A DNA stretch of 64,000 nucleotides from a virus. Lineage: Duplodnaviria > Caudoviricetes. Where the stretch lies: the IMG/VR virus record IMGVR_UViG_2551306228_000004, positions 32,001 to 96,000 of that record; one strand, given 5' to 3'. A program made the position numbers and the translations under genes. The notes under the pieces are model-generated. The model had not been told where the DNA came from. It was given only the letters and a program-made list of their open reading frames with translations, and did not search any database. Position 1 is the first letter of the stretch, and every line of letters begins with the position of its first letter. Of the stretch, positions 21,252-31,426 are shown in pieces.

Positions 21252-22242
21252 TAAATTTACTTAATTGTTGAATCGATGTTTTTCTATTTGTACTGATAAT
21301 CTTAAAGAGAATATCACGATTATTGAGGGAAACATCAAATCGTTCAACAATTTCATTGAATTGATTGATATAGTTATTGAGGACTACTGTGTCAAATTTT
21401 AAAATGTTCAAAGTCCAAATTAGTAGAATGAAATAATCTTCAATGAAAACACAAGTAAATGTCGATAATCCTAAATCTTGTTTTATCTGTTTTTTGAGTG
21501 CTTTAGATACACCGCTTGAGAAATTAGCATCAAAAATCGCACTGTTATGCATGGTAGCATTCCTTAACTCAATAAGAGCGTTGACAACTAACTCGAGAGA
21601 GTTTGACCTATTTGGAATAATCGTGAAATCTTGATTCAATTTTTCACGACTTGACTTAGTTAAACTTCCTAAAAATCTACTAAACTGTCCTAAAGTAATA
21701 ACTTCAAAATAAGCCCAGAGAGGAATTTGATAATCACTTTTTAAATAATGCTTAATGACCTCATTTTTATCTGAGTAATAGTCAATTGTATCCAGTACAT
21801 TTTGTCTAGTTTCATTATACTGATCGAGTTTATTACCATATTTTTCATGGTCTTCAGGATAGTCCATGTAACAAGCTAATTGATGTTCTAATATATCTTC
21901 TATCCCACTACTAGATTCTGCGACTATTGAATCGATAGTCCGATTTTTTAATGCTGTCTCTACAAGCATTACTATTGGATAAAATAGTCCTTTTAACTCC
22001 ATATCAAAATTGTAGATTGCTTCAATTTCCTTAAATGAAGAAAGGGGCAGAATCCCATCTGAATTGGATTTTTTAACGAATCTATATCGTTTATAACCAT
22101 GATAATATCCCATATTTAAGAGTGTGACAGAGTCACCATCTTGAATATCTATTTTATGATTTTTAAAGATATGGTTAACTAGATCCCCAGAAGTTAAACC
22201 AGTTTTCGACTCTTTTTTCATTTTTTCAATAATTGTTTCCAT
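21232..22242 (-). CDS. Abi_2 (AbiD/AbiF-like) HEPN abortive-infection protein
   Basis: MGYY..K.YRF, YNFDMELK..F...VETALK, IPLWAYFEVITLGQ, HEPN R-x4-H motif RNATMH; AT-rich; at the cargo hotspot between the CHAP and adhesin genes; extended -10 TGATATAAT at 22270-22278. Confidence 0.85.
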   Translation of the reverse strand: METIIEKMKKESKTGLTSGDLVNHIFKNHKIDIQDGDSVTLLNMGYYHGYKRYRFVKKSNSDGILPLSSFKEIEAIYNFDMELKGLFYPIVMLVETALKNRTIDSIVAESSSGIEDILEHQLACYMDYPEDHEKYGNKLDQYNETRQNVLDTIDYYSDKNEVIKHYLKSDYQIPLWAYFEVITLGQFSRFLGSLTKSSREKLNQDFTIIPNRSNSLELVVNALIELRNATMHNSAIFDANFSSGVSKALKKQIKQDLGLSTFTCVFIEDYFILLIWTLNILKFDTVVLNNYINQFNEIVERFDVSLNNRDILFKIISTNRKTSIQQLSKFIDEKRN

Positions 22243-22339
22243 TAAAATATTCAGTAACCTCTCCTTAGTATTATATCATATCACTAAACTTATCAAAGTA
22301 ACTAAAAGGTAGAATTTCTTACGAAATATTTGCAAAACA

Positions 22340-22372
22340 ATATGCTAACAAATCCAATTATTGTTAGCATAT
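22340..22372. terminator. Hairpin/terminator after the CHAP gene
   Basis: ATATGCTAACAA / TTGTTAGCATAT inverted repeat. Confidence 0.55.
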
Positions 22373-22378
22373 CCTTTT

Positions 22379-25180
22379 TTATTTCGTCGTATAAGCAAAA
22401 CTCAAGCTACTATCCACTCCAGATAATTTACGGAAGGTATAGTTTGGATTGCCATTGTAGTTGGTTTCGGAGATAAGGAATGAGCCATCTGGGTAGACTT
22501 TCTCCACAAAAGCCACATGTCCGTATTCTGTTGGTGTGCCATGTCCTCCTCTCGCAAAGGAAAGGATAGCTCCTGCTTGTGGACTTGTCCCTGTCTCTCC
22601 ACCGAGACTTGCGGCTGTTCGTACCCAATCTTGGCCATTGCCCATGGTACTGATAATTGGAATCTTCTCACCATTTTTACCTTTGAGTTTTAGCCCCAAT
22701 TGGTTGATACGGGCTGAAACTCCCCAAGTACATTGGCCGTAAGCATATCCCATACCGTCACCACCTCCTGGAATAGAGTTTTCAAAGAGGTCGCCTCGTA
22801 CAGCTTCAAGAGCTTTGGGGTCACTTTGTGCTGTCCCACCGTTGGGTTGACTAAAGTCTTTTTCAATTTGGTAATACCACTCACTTGCTCTTGTCTGACG
22901 TTCAAGTAGCTTATCACCACTATTTCCTTCCCAGTAAATGAGAAAGAGTTGGGCAAGACTAGCTGGACTACCTGTATTTTTGAAGAAGTCCTTTAACCAG
23001 TTGGTGTAATAAGGACTATCCCCATGCAACATGAAATCCAGTTGTAACCCTAAGTCATACCATTTTTGATGTTTTCCTTTGGCATATTCCAACAATAAAG
23101 TATGTCTGCGTGACCCATCCGAGGTATCTGTCCATTGTCCTAAGCCTAAACCACGTTTGAGAATATTTGGGTAACGCCCATTATATATAGTTGGACCATT
23201 GAGTGAAAGCCAGCCCTCATCATCCCACGAACCGTCTGTCGCACCAACAGGTGGAGATAGATAGTCGCCCTCCGCACGCTTGGGATTAATAGAGGATTCT
23301 ACCGACCAATTTCCTAAAATAGCTGCGATAGCTTGATCGGTCGCACCTTTGCTTTTAAGATAGTCATAAATTGCCTTGGCTCTCTCGAACTCATCGCCGC
23401 CAAACTGCCCGATAGTTGGAAGAATGGTGGTCTGAACCTGAATCACTTTTGGAAAGTAGAATGCTGGATTGACATAGACCAACTTATCCGTGTCATCATC
23501 AACCTTTTGATAGGTGACTTTTAGACCCATTCCGTCCTTGGTTTGACCAATAATGTCTCCTGCCAAGACTTGTTGATTTTCGCTCACTCGGCCTGAATGA
23601 ATGCCAAACAAGGTTAGTTTAGTCTTATTAACTCCCTTACCAGATGTCAAAATAACATTCTCTCCATCAAGAGATACCTTGCCATCCATCGGAGACACAA
23701 TGACTTGACCTTCTTTTGCTTCTAAGATGATATGGTGATGAAGCGTTGGTTTCTCATCAATGACCTCATAACCATATCGGTAGGTCATGTTTAAGCTATC
23801 CTCATCGGTCTGTCCCTGAAAGGGATTGTCCAATTCTTGAAGGGCTAAATAGTTGCCTTCTTCGGTCAACTCCTTTAGTTCTTCTTGGTCCTCATCAGAC
23901 AGCTTGTAAGCAGGTTCCTTATACAAGTCAGACATGGATTTAATAGAATCTCCACCGTTTAAGTCCGACCACAGTTGACTGAGAAATTCTTTGTAGGTTG
24001 TTCCGCTTGTCTCTATGAAATCATCTAACTTGTAGTCTTGGTATTGATGATTCATGTAAACCATAACCTCATCAATCTTGGTGTAATAGGTAATTCCCTT
24101 TTCGTTGGTTCTTGTATGCTCCGCATCTTCCCACGTCATGTGGGTATAGGCCTTGGTCAATTCCATCTCATCTTGTTGAATGACACTGCTACCTGAGACA
24201 CTCATGAAAAAGCTCATCATCAAAAGGAGTATCAAGAGAATGCCTGAGACAATCCAAGTCAAAGGATTTCCCGCAAGGACAGAAAAGAAAGTCATACTTC
24301 CCTTAATGGCTTGGACGATTCCTTTGAAACCTGCGACACTTTGTTTTCTGGCAAGCTTTAAAAAGGTATGGTAGCGTCTTCTTGGTTTAAGAGGTTTCTG
24401 GCGTGTGAATCCTTTTCCCTTTTTGAAGTTCTGGAATCTTTCCTTTCCATGAGAAAATTTTGTTTTGGTAAACCGCACACCAGTCTGTCCACTTTTTACT
24501 GCCACCTTACCTGCTTGATAAGTAAACCTGCCATAGCGTCTGGCTTTCAAACTAGTATCCTTCATGGTTCTTAGACCATCTAAATCATCCTCCTGTGCTA
24601 TCAGGTCAAGGGATTCAGATGCAGCCAAGCCTAATCCAGCTTTGACTTTGGTAGAGTTTTTCTTAGACTTTTGGACTTTCTTGAGTTGTTTAACCTCACG
24701 CTTGGCAGAACTTACGTCTTTTTCTGCACTTAGCCGATCAAATGATTTTTCTTGGTGAAACCGAAAGCGAGACTTCAGGGAAGGATTTTCTTTTTGGAAA
24801 GTAAACTTGGGATTAACTGCCTTTTGCTTCTCACTTAGTTTCACTTCTGACAAATGTTTTCTTGCCGTCCGCAAACGCTCTTGAGCTTGAGGAAGTCGAT
24901 AGTTCTTGATTTCCTTTACCTTCAACAGTCTAGGAGAAACATAGGTAATTTCCTTTATGAACTTCTCTTCTGCTTCCTTTTGGCTACTGAGTAGATTTCC
25001 TTTTAACTCTGTTTTCTTTTCCTGAAACAGAGAATTTTTGGCTGGTTTTCGAAATCTTCCTTTTTTAGGAACAGTCTGTCTTAAGGTCCTAACTTCTTTC
25101 CGATAATGCATACGGGCTGATTTTAAGTTGCTTCGAAAGTTTTGCCTAGCCTGTTTGACTAGCTTTTTATCCTCTTTCAT
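22379..25180 (-). CDS. Conjugative peptidoglycan hydrolase (phage-tail-lysozyme + CHAP, VirB1-like)
   Basis: Basic N-terminus, TM segment, AAILGNWSVES and GLGQWT lysozyme motifs, CHAP GQCTW...YGHVAFVE. Confidence 0.88.
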   Translation of the reverse strand: MKEDKKLVKQARQNFRSNLKSARMHYRKEVRTLRQTVPKKGRFRKPAKNSLFQEKKTELKGNLLSSQKEAEEKFIKEITYVSPRLLKVKEIKNYRLPQAQERLRTARKHLSEVKLSEKQKAVNPKFTFQKENPSLKSRFRFHQEKSFDRLSAEKDVSSAKREVKQLKKVQKSKKNSTKVKAGLGLAASESLDLIAQEDDLDGLRTMKDTSLKARRYGRFTYQAGKVAVKSGQTGVRFTKTKFSHGKERFQNFKKGKGFTRQKPLKPRRRYHTFLKLARKQSVAGFKGIVQAIKGSMTFFSVLAGNPLTWIVSGILLILLLMMSFFMSVSGSSVIQQDEMELTKAYTHMTWEDAEHTRTNEKGITYYTKIDEVMVYMNHQYQDYKLDDFIETSGTTYKEFLSQLWSDLNGGDSIKSMSDLYKEPAYKLSDEDQEELKELTEEGNYLALQELDNPFQGQTDEDSLNMTYRYGYEVIDEKPTLHHHIILEAKEGQVIVSPMDGKVSLDGENVILTSGKGVNKTKLTLFGIHSGRVSENQQVLAGDIIGQTKDGMGLKVTYQKVDDDTDKLVYVNPAFYFPKVIQVQTTILPTIGQFGGDEFERAKAIYDYLKSKGATDQAIAAILGNWSVESSINPKRAEGDYLSPPVGATDGSWDDEGWLSLNGPTIYNGRYPNILKRGLGLGQWTDTSDGSRRHTLLLEYAKGKHQKWYDLGLQLDFMLHGDSPYYTNWLKDFFKNTGSPASLAQLFLIYWEGNSGDKLLERQTRASEWYYQIEKDFSQPNGGTAQSDPKALEAVRGDLFENSIPGGGDGMGYAYGQCTWGVSARINQLGLKLKGKNGEKIPIISTMGNGQDWVRTAASLGGETGTSPQAGAILSFARGGHGTPTEYGHVAFVEKVYPDGSFLISETNYNGNPNYTFRKLSGVDSSLSFAYTTK

Positions 25181-25181
25181 C

Positions 25182-27533
25182 TCATGTCCTCATTTTTTCA
25201 GGATCCGTACTCATGATATCAAAGAGCTTGGTATGTTGCGGAATCTTATTTTTAAATGGAACAACGGTGGAACCGGCCTTAATTAAGCCTGCCCCTTTTT
25301 CAGGATTGACTAAGTACTTCTCCAGCTCTTTAGAAAGCCCAAGCATATGCACCAATTCTTCGCGATCGCTCTTAGCCTGTTTTAAAAGAATCATGAACTC
25401 GCTATTGGCAATAATGCGTCTGCCATTGGCATCCAAAAGAAGCGTTTCTACATTCTGAGTAATGCCTGTCGGTATCGCCCCATACTTACGGACACGACTC
25501 CAAAGTTTGAAGAAGAAATCAGAGGCATACTTGTCTAATAAGAGAAGCTGCATCTCATCAAAGTATATCCAGGTTTTCTTCCCTAGTTTTTGGTTTTTTA
25601 CCACACGATTCCAAATTTGATCAAAGATAACCATGAGGGCAATTTGTTTTAATTCATCGCCTAACTTTTTGACATTGTAAATCAGGAAATGACTATCTGT
25701 TTTAATATTGGTCCTATGTGAAAATATGTCCAGCGACCCTTCCACATAGAGTTCCATATCCAGTGCCAAGTCCTTAGCTTCCTGTTCAGGTTGTTGGGAC
25801 AAGACAAAGACCCATTCGACCAAGGACGGTGTGTCAAAATGCTTATAGGTGAGTCGTGTCACACGGTCAATCAAGGACTTCTCACGACCATCCATTTTTC
25901 GATCCAAGAGCTTCCCAATCCAAGACAAGAGAAATTCGGACTTAACCTTAACAGGATCCTCATCCATATTCTCATCAGATAGATCTAAGACATTTAAGAA
26001 GGTAGTGGAATCTGGAGCAATATCAATACTCTCCCCACCAAAGGCTTGGCCGATAATACTGTACTCATTTTCTGGGTCAACAATAATAATTTCAGTATCA
26101 CTATCTGCTTCCTTGAGCTTAGTAGAGATGATTTCATGTTTTGTCGCCATCCCTTTTCCAGCTCCAGAAGTCCCTAAAATCAAACCTGACGGAGTATTTA
26201 ACTTGCCACGGTCAATACTGATGATATTACTTGAGATTTGATTGATGCCATAAAATTTCCCACCCTTGTCCTGAATATCAACGGAAGTCCAAGGTGCATT
26301 CACGGTAATATTTGAAGTCAATAGAGACCGAGAAACACCTTCAAGATAGTTCTTCCCAAATGGCAAGAGACTATTAAAAGCAGCTTCTTGCATATAGGTC
26401 AAGTTATCGATAATCATATCATTAGACCCTGCCACTTGCTTGATAATATCAAGAGATTGTTTGAGTTGGTCTTCAGTATCCGCAAGCACGCCAATTAGAA
26501 ATACGGTGTCAAACAGTTTATCTCCTGTTTGGGTCATGGTTTGAAGAAGAGCCTCAGCTTCATCGATGTTGTTCTCAAGAACATGCCCGACCTTCTCCAA
26601 ATAGATACCTGTCCGAGCCATCTTTTGTTGTTCCCCAATCTTTTGCGATTCCATCAAGGTTTTCTTGGTTCGCAGCTTGGTCATGGTTTCAGACTTGGTA
26701 GAGCCTTTGGCATGTAGGCTAATCATCACTTCCAAATCTGACTGCATTAAGTCTCGAATAAATTTATCCCCTAACTCCATACCATAGTCACGAACATAAA
26801 CAATCTGTAATAATCGATCGTCCAATTCAATATGATTCTTATGTTTAAAGGAAAGGTAGGTTGGGGCAATAAAGTGTTTGGTGGATTGACCTGAGAGGGT
26901 CAAATCCTTGTATGAGAACGGTGAATGATTTTCACCACGCAACATATCCGCAAGGACATTCACTCGCTCCTCTCCACCAAGTAAACCAAGAGATACAGCA
27001 ATCTCTGAAAAGCCACTCTTGAAATATTCCCCAATCTGTGACAGAGAACGAAAAGCTAGTTTTGGTGTTTGGTCGCTCTTGCCAAATGAAAGAAACTTGA
27101 CAGCTGAAAAGTTGTTCTCACCCGCCTCTAAGTTGGCATCCATCATGCGATTCAATTCATCACGATAAGCATCAAACCCATCTTCCTGCAAGGGATAGAG
27201 AATACTCTTACGGAATTTTTCCAGATTGACCTTTTGATTGAAAATGGTCAGTTGGAAATTGGTCTGATCATCCAGTGAATTGATTAAATCGGAATATTTC
27301 TCAACAATAGCTCCTTTATCGTCTAAGCCAACTGTTTGATAATTGACATCTCCTAAAAGATAGGTTTGTGAGAAATGGCTTGGACTGACCTGCATAAGGC
27401 CATTCTGAAAAAGCCCTTGATAGGCTAACGTATTTACGGTAGAAGGTCTGATCTCCTGCTTCTGTATTTTCGTCTTTTGATTTTTGTCATTAGAAGAGGT
27501 CTTTGGTTTCATTGAGTGTTTTAATTTTTTCAC
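25182..27533 (-). CDS. virB4: VirB4-like conjugative ATPase
   Basis: GTSGAGKG Walker A, VDPENEY, YFDEMQ, RKYG..TQN. Confidence 0.92.
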   Translation of the reverse strand: MKKLKHSMKPKTSSNDKNQKTKIQKQEIRPSTVNTLAYQGLFQNGLMQVSPSHFSQTYLLGDVNYQTVGLDDKGAIVEKYSDLINSLDDQTNFQLTIFNQKVNLEKFRKSILYPLQEDGFDAYRDELNRMMDANLEAGENNFSAVKFLSFGKSDQTPKLAFRSLSQIGEYFKSGFSEIAVSLGLLGGEERVNVLADMLRGENHSPFSYKDLTLSGQSTKHFIAPTYLSFKHKNHIELDDRLLQIVYVRDYGMELGDKFIRDLMQSDLEVMISLHAKGSTKSETMTKLRTKKTLMESQKIGEQQKMARTGIYLEKVGHVLENNIDEAEALLQTMTQTGDKLFDTVFLIGVLADTEDQLKQSLDIIKQVAGSNDMIIDNLTYMQEAAFNSLLPFGKNYLEGVSRSLLTSNITVNAPWTSVDIQDKGGKFYGINQISSNIISIDRGKLNTPSGLILGTSGAGKGMATKHEIISTKLKEADSDTEIIIVDPENEYSIIGQAFGGESIDIAPDSTTFLNVLDLSDENMDEDPVKVKSEFLLSWIGKLLDRKMDGREKSLIDRVTRLTYKHFDTPSLVEWVFVLSQQPEQEAKDLALDMELYVEGSLDIFSHRTNIKTDSHFLIYNVKKLGDELKQIALMVIFDQIWNRVVKNQKLGKKTWIYFDEMQLLLLDKYASDFFFKLWSRVRKYGAIPTGITQNVETLLLDANGRRIIANSEFMILLKQAKSDREELVHMLGLSKELEKYLVNPEKGAGLIKAGSTVVPFKNKIPQHTKLFDIMSTDPEKMRT

Positions 27534-27843
27534 GTTGGTCTCCTTTTCTTCCAGTAAATGTACGATCTGGTACTGTTAGTTCATAATGAAAACGGTACTT
27601 GAGGTAGGTTTCAAATGGTAAATCGTTGGGGCGATAGACCCCAAATAACATGAGTGGAATGGTAAAGCTAAAAACAAAACCATAGACAAACCAATCCCCA
27701 AATTGCCAATAAAATAGGTTCAAGCCCAATACCAAAATGGTTAGGGCGACAGCTGGAAATACAAAAATAACCTGTCTAGTTGTAAATCCTAGCCATGCCC
27801 TGTGTTGAACCTTTGAGATGTCCTTAAAGACACGAGTGTTCAT
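27490..27843 (-). CDS. prgI: PrgI-family membrane protein
   Basis: KDISKVQHRAWLGFTTRQ plus two TM helices, directly upstream of virB4. Confidence 0.85.
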   Translation of the reverse strand: MNTRVFKDISKVQHRAWLGFTTRQVIFVFPAVALTILVLGLNLFYWQFGDWFVYGFVFSFTIPLMLFGVYRPNDLPFETYLKYRFHYELTVPDRTFTGRKGDQREKIKTLNETKDLF

Positions 27844-27904
27844 AAATGTTCTCCAATCTAAGTAAGCTATAAAAAGAGGAGGCGAGATAATGACTCCCTT
27901 CCTC

Positions 27905-28759
27905 CTACATCCCCAAAATACTTCGGGCGGTTCGTTGACTGCCAACTAAGGCAATGATTAACAATATAGCCTGTACCAAGCCACCAAACATAATGGCGAG
28001 TGATTCCATCACTCCAGCTCCATTTGATACGGCAATCTTTCCAGCCGATTCAAACAAGGGAACAAGAGATACAATTAGAAAAATCAAAATACCTTGAACG
28101 GCATAGACCATGATGTTTTTAAGGTAACCAATCCCAACACTTCTCCAGTCATCACTAAGGAAGGTCGGAATGGTAACAGGGGCAAAAGGAATCATCAGAT
28201 AGAGTTGGATAAAGCGAATGGTAATCAAGATATTGACAACCATGATGCTGGCCATTCGTACCAACCAAATGAGAATCGCAAAAAAGCCAATAATCATTTT
28301 TCCTACAATTCCAGATCCCTTAATGCCTGAGATGGTATCATAATTAGCACCACCATTCGTGACAAGACTTGCCACTTGTTCAATAACATAAGAGGCAATG
28401 GAAATAATGGCTTCCACAATAACCGTCGTATTGGTAATCACGACCGCGACCATGATGTAGCTGACAATCATAGGTGCCATGGCTTCAAAGGTCATTGCAC
28501 CACCTGAGTTTGCGATTTTCTTGGCCATTTTTGAAAATTCGAGTACGAGAACAACCGCAAGAATAGCTACTCCCAAGGGCTGCATAATCCCCTTGGTAAT
28601 GGCTGTCATGTAAGACCACACCGTCGGATTAAAGTCCGCTAGTGACTTAACCAAGTTGGCGGTTGATTCTAAATCCACTTGAAACCCTTCAAAAAGGCTA
28701 TCGCTAGATACTTTTTCAGAGGCTAGATATACAAAAGGTGATGTAAAATTCATCATCAT
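27905..28759 (-). CDS. VirB6/TrbL-like polytopic T4SS membrane protein
   Basis: Multiple TM helices; RFIQLYLMIPFAP motif; position in the transfer operon. Confidence 0.82.
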   Translation of the reverse strand: MMMNFTSPFVYLASEKVSSDSLFEGFQVDLESTANLVKSLADFNPTVWSYMTAITKGIMQPLGVAILAVVLVLEFSKMAKKIANSGGAMTFEAMAPMIVSYIMVAVVITNTTVIVEAIISIASYVIEQVASLVTNGGANYDTISGIKGSGIVGKMIIGFFAILIWLVRMASIMVVNILITIRFIQLYLMIPFAPVTIPTFLSDDWRSVGIGYLKNIMVYAVQGILIFLIVSLVPLFESAGKIAVSNGAGVMESLAIMFGGLVQAILLIIALVGSQRTARSILGM

Positions 28760-28777
28760 GTCATGTGCTGTCCTCCC

Positions 28778-29020
28778 CTAAATGGTAATCTGAGTCACAA
28801 AAGCACCCGCGGCTCCCACCATGACTCCACCAACAATTTCTAGAATGGCATTTCGGACACCTGGCCCACCATCTTTAATGTTGGTTGAAAGGTTGATAAT
28901 GCCCATTACAACAAGAAAGGCTCCTACTGCAATTAAGCCTTTTTGTAATAGAGACATGGCTTGGGAGAACATGGAGCTGGCGTCCACTCCGTAAACAAAG
29001 CCTGTTAGTTTTTGATTCAT
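28778..29020 (-). CDS. VirB2-like small membrane protein
   Basis: ~80 aa, two hydrophobic helices, between virD4 and virB6. Confidence 0.7.
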   Translation of the reverse strand: MNQKLTGFVYGVDASSMFSQAMSLLQKGLIAVGAFLVVMGIINLSTNIKDGGPGVRNAILEIVGGVMVGAAGAFVTQITI

Positions 29021-29037
29021 ATAATTCCTCATTTCTA

Positions 29038-30855
29038 TTAATGTAATGTCGTTTCTGTGCTTAAATCCCTTATTTTATGACCTGACAAATCTACCTCTTC
29101 CTCAGCGGTTAGGGGATCGATGTGATAGTGCCACCAGCGTTCATCAGATTCCTTATCCGCAAGCCATTTCCAATTCTTATGTTTGAGTGGAAAATATTTC
29201 TTGGTTCGAAAAACAGGAACCCCTGCAATGCGTACAAGACATTCATCTCGTTTCATATTCCCTACTTCATCAGCCGTCATCAAGTCACGAGCAATTTTCT
29301 GGTGAGAGGTGGAACTTGAGCCAGTCTGCCCAAAAGAACGACTGGTACTTCTGACATCAATGGTTTGTTTGCCTAATAGACCACTCATAAATTTGAAAGT
29401 TTCCTCGTCATTTCCACCCAAATAGAGGAGGCTGTCACAGTTCCCCAGTATAGTTTTCCAAGCCTCTTTTTCCTTATAAAGTCCTTGGAGTTGAGCAATA
29501 TTTTGCAAGATTGGAACTAGACTCATGTTCCTAGAGCGAACTGTTGAGGTTTGTTCAGCGAAGTCGGGGATTTCTCCGACATTCGCAAACTCATCCAGAT
29601 AACTTCTAACATGAATAGGCAGGTGCCCTTTAAAGTCAACATCAGCCTGTCTGGTCAAAGTGGAAAAAACCGTAGAGAAAAATAAAGCAGATAGGAAACG
29701 AAAGGTCGTATCATTGTCTGGAATAACAAGATAGACCATGGTCTTTTGAGTGCCCCACGTTTTCAAATCCATAGTGTCTCTTTGCGTCAAATCAATCACC
29801 GATTGGATATTAAAGAGGGCAAATTTAGCTGTTGTGACCGCAATCACCGAATCCAATGTCTTATCCTTATAGTTTTGAAAATCTGCCCAGTTTCTCATGG
29901 TAAAGTTCTCGTGACCGTATTTTTTAGCGTAATCTTCAAACAGGACTTCAAGAACACTTTTGTCCTGATTATCTCCCTTTGATAAGAGTTTGATGAGTTT
30001 ACCAATCTCAGAAAAGGCTGGATAACGGCCACGCTTACGTCTTGCTTCCTGCTCTTCCTTGGAACTTCCTGGAGGATTGTAAAAATCCACCAAATAAGAG
30101 GCAATAGCTCTCACCAATGTCATGGAAGCCTCGTCCCAAAATGGATCACTGCGAGAACCATTTCCTTTGGTATTATTAAAATAGACCGTTAACATGCGGT
30201 TCAAATCATTCTCTGTTTCTACAAAACGAAAGGGATTAAAACCGTCTGAATTGGTCATATTAACCAAGTCTAAAACCTTGACCTGATAACCGTTTTCTAA
30301 AAAGAGTTTACCTGTCTTCTCAGCCAAATGGTCTTTCGGATCTACGACAATATTGGAACAATTAAGTTGGATAAGGTTGGGTTTAACAAATCGAAAGGTC
30401 TTGCCTGCCCCAGAACCCCCAATGACAATCAAATTTTTATTTCGGTCAAACTGGGGTTTCTTCCTTTCCAACAAGGTTAGACGAACATCACGAGCCAAAA
30501 TCGTGTCATTGAAAGGATTCTTACTGTAAAAGTTCCGCTTTTCCTTACTGTTTCCAAATCGTGCAGAACCGTATTCTTCCCCTTCTCGATAGACCTTCTG
30601 TCCTGTCGATACATAAAGATAGACTAGCGTCATCGTTAGAACCCCAAGGATAAAGGCAAGAAGAGATTTTTGAGTAAAGGAAAATAGCCATAAAGGATTG
30701 AAAACCTGATTTAACCCCTCTCCTAAGAGGTAGGCAATACGTTCCATAGGTGGGGCATTGGTTAAACTATCATAGAGCAGGGTTAGACGATGGCAGAAAT
30801 AACCAAAGGCGAGCCCCAAGAGTCCAAAGACAAATGCTTTTTGCCTGGAATACAT
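29038..30855 (-). CDS. virD4: VirD4/TraG coupling protein
   Basis: N-terminal TMs, YGSARF, GGSGAGKT, DPK, LDEFAN, LQNIAQL. Confidence 0.93.
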   Translation of the reverse strand: MYSRQKAFVFGLLGLAFGYFCHRLTLLYDSLTNAPPMERIAYLLGEGLNQVFNPLWLFSFTQKSLLAFILGVLTMTLVYLYVSTGQKVYREGEEYGSARFGNSKEKRNFYSKNPFNDTILARDVRLTLLERKKPQFDRNKNLIVIGGSGAGKTFRFVKPNLIQLNCSNIVVDPKDHLAEKTGKLFLENGYQVKVLDLVNMTNSDGFNPFRFVETENDLNRMLTVYFNNTKGNGSRSDPFWDEASMTLVRAIASYLVDFYNPPGSSKEEQEARRKRGRYPAFSEIGKLIKLLSKGDNQDKSVLEVLFEDYAKKYGHENFTMRNWADFQNYKDKTLDSVIAVTTAKFALFNIQSVIDLTQRDTMDLKTWGTQKTMVYLVIPDNDTTFRFLSALFFSTVFSTLTRQADVDFKGHLPIHVRSYLDEFANVGEIPDFAEQTSTVRSRNMSLVPILQNIAQLQGLYKEKEAWKTILGNCDSLLYLGGNDEETFKFMSGLLGKQTIDVRSTSRSFGQTGSSSTSHQKIARDLMTADEVGNMKRDECLVRIAGVPVFRTKKYFPLKHKNWKWLADKESDERWWHYHIDPLTAEEEVDLSGHKIRDLSTETTLH

Positions 30856-31343
30856 TACAAGGTCACCTCCTTGGTTTTGACTGCCGAAGGTTCTGTCACT
30901 CTAATTTTCTCTTTGGCCAGTTCTATCTCTTGATCCAAGGTTTTATCAAAGGTTAAACCTTCTAGCTTCTCTGGATTAGACATCAGTTTCTTCAACAATT
31001 CATCCAAGTGATGATCAAGCAAGGTCTTATCCTTGGCATAAAAGTAGAGATAGTCTTTTTGCCAACTAATTGCGATTGGCAGTTTTTCTGACTCCATCAA
31101 CTCCTTAAATTTCTCCACATCGATTGGCTTATCCAATATGTCTTTACTAACATCAATCGCTTCAATGGCGTAAGGGCTTTGAAGAAGTTCTTCCAGTTTT
31201 TGAACCCCAATCTTATAAGCTGAATCTTGAGCTAAGGCTTGCCTAGCCGACCATTCTAAGAGCTTTAAGAGGGTTCTAACTGTCAATAAACTACTTCTTT
31301 CCACGTATTGCATCGCTTGACGTTCTTGTTGTTCAGATGACAT
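30855..31343 (-). CDS. Conserved ICE hypothetical protein upstream of virD4
   Basis: Start MSSEQQ behind GAGGAGG; stop overlaps the virD4 start. Confidence 0.75.
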   Translation of the reverse strand: MSSEQQERQAMQYVERSSLLTVRTLLKLLEWSARQALAQDSAYKIGVQKLEELLQSPYAIEAIDVSKDILDKPIDVEKFKELMESEKLPIAISWQKDYLYFYAKDKTLLDHHLDELLKKLMSNPEKLEGLTFDKTLDQEIELAKEKIRVTEPSAVKTKEVTL

Positions 31344-31391
31344 GGTGACCTCCTCTTTTTTTCGATTCCCTCTCAAACATAAGGTGTTTCC

Positions 31392-31426
31392 ATAATACGG
31401 AAGCACTCTTGATTTTGGTATCACAA
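31392..31426 (-). promoter_or_regulatory. ICE promoter motif copy 3 (TTGTGATA-N7-CAAG-N10-TATTAT)
   Basis: ttgtgata ccaaaat caag agtgcttccg tattat, upstream of the virD4 operon; 18/19 identical to copy 2. Confidence 0.6.

Noticed and set aside
31388-31397. Fourth TATTATGGAA copy matching the att-side boxes
   Set aside because: It coincides with the -10 of promoter motif copy 3 and is far from att; likely chance in AT-rich DNA.
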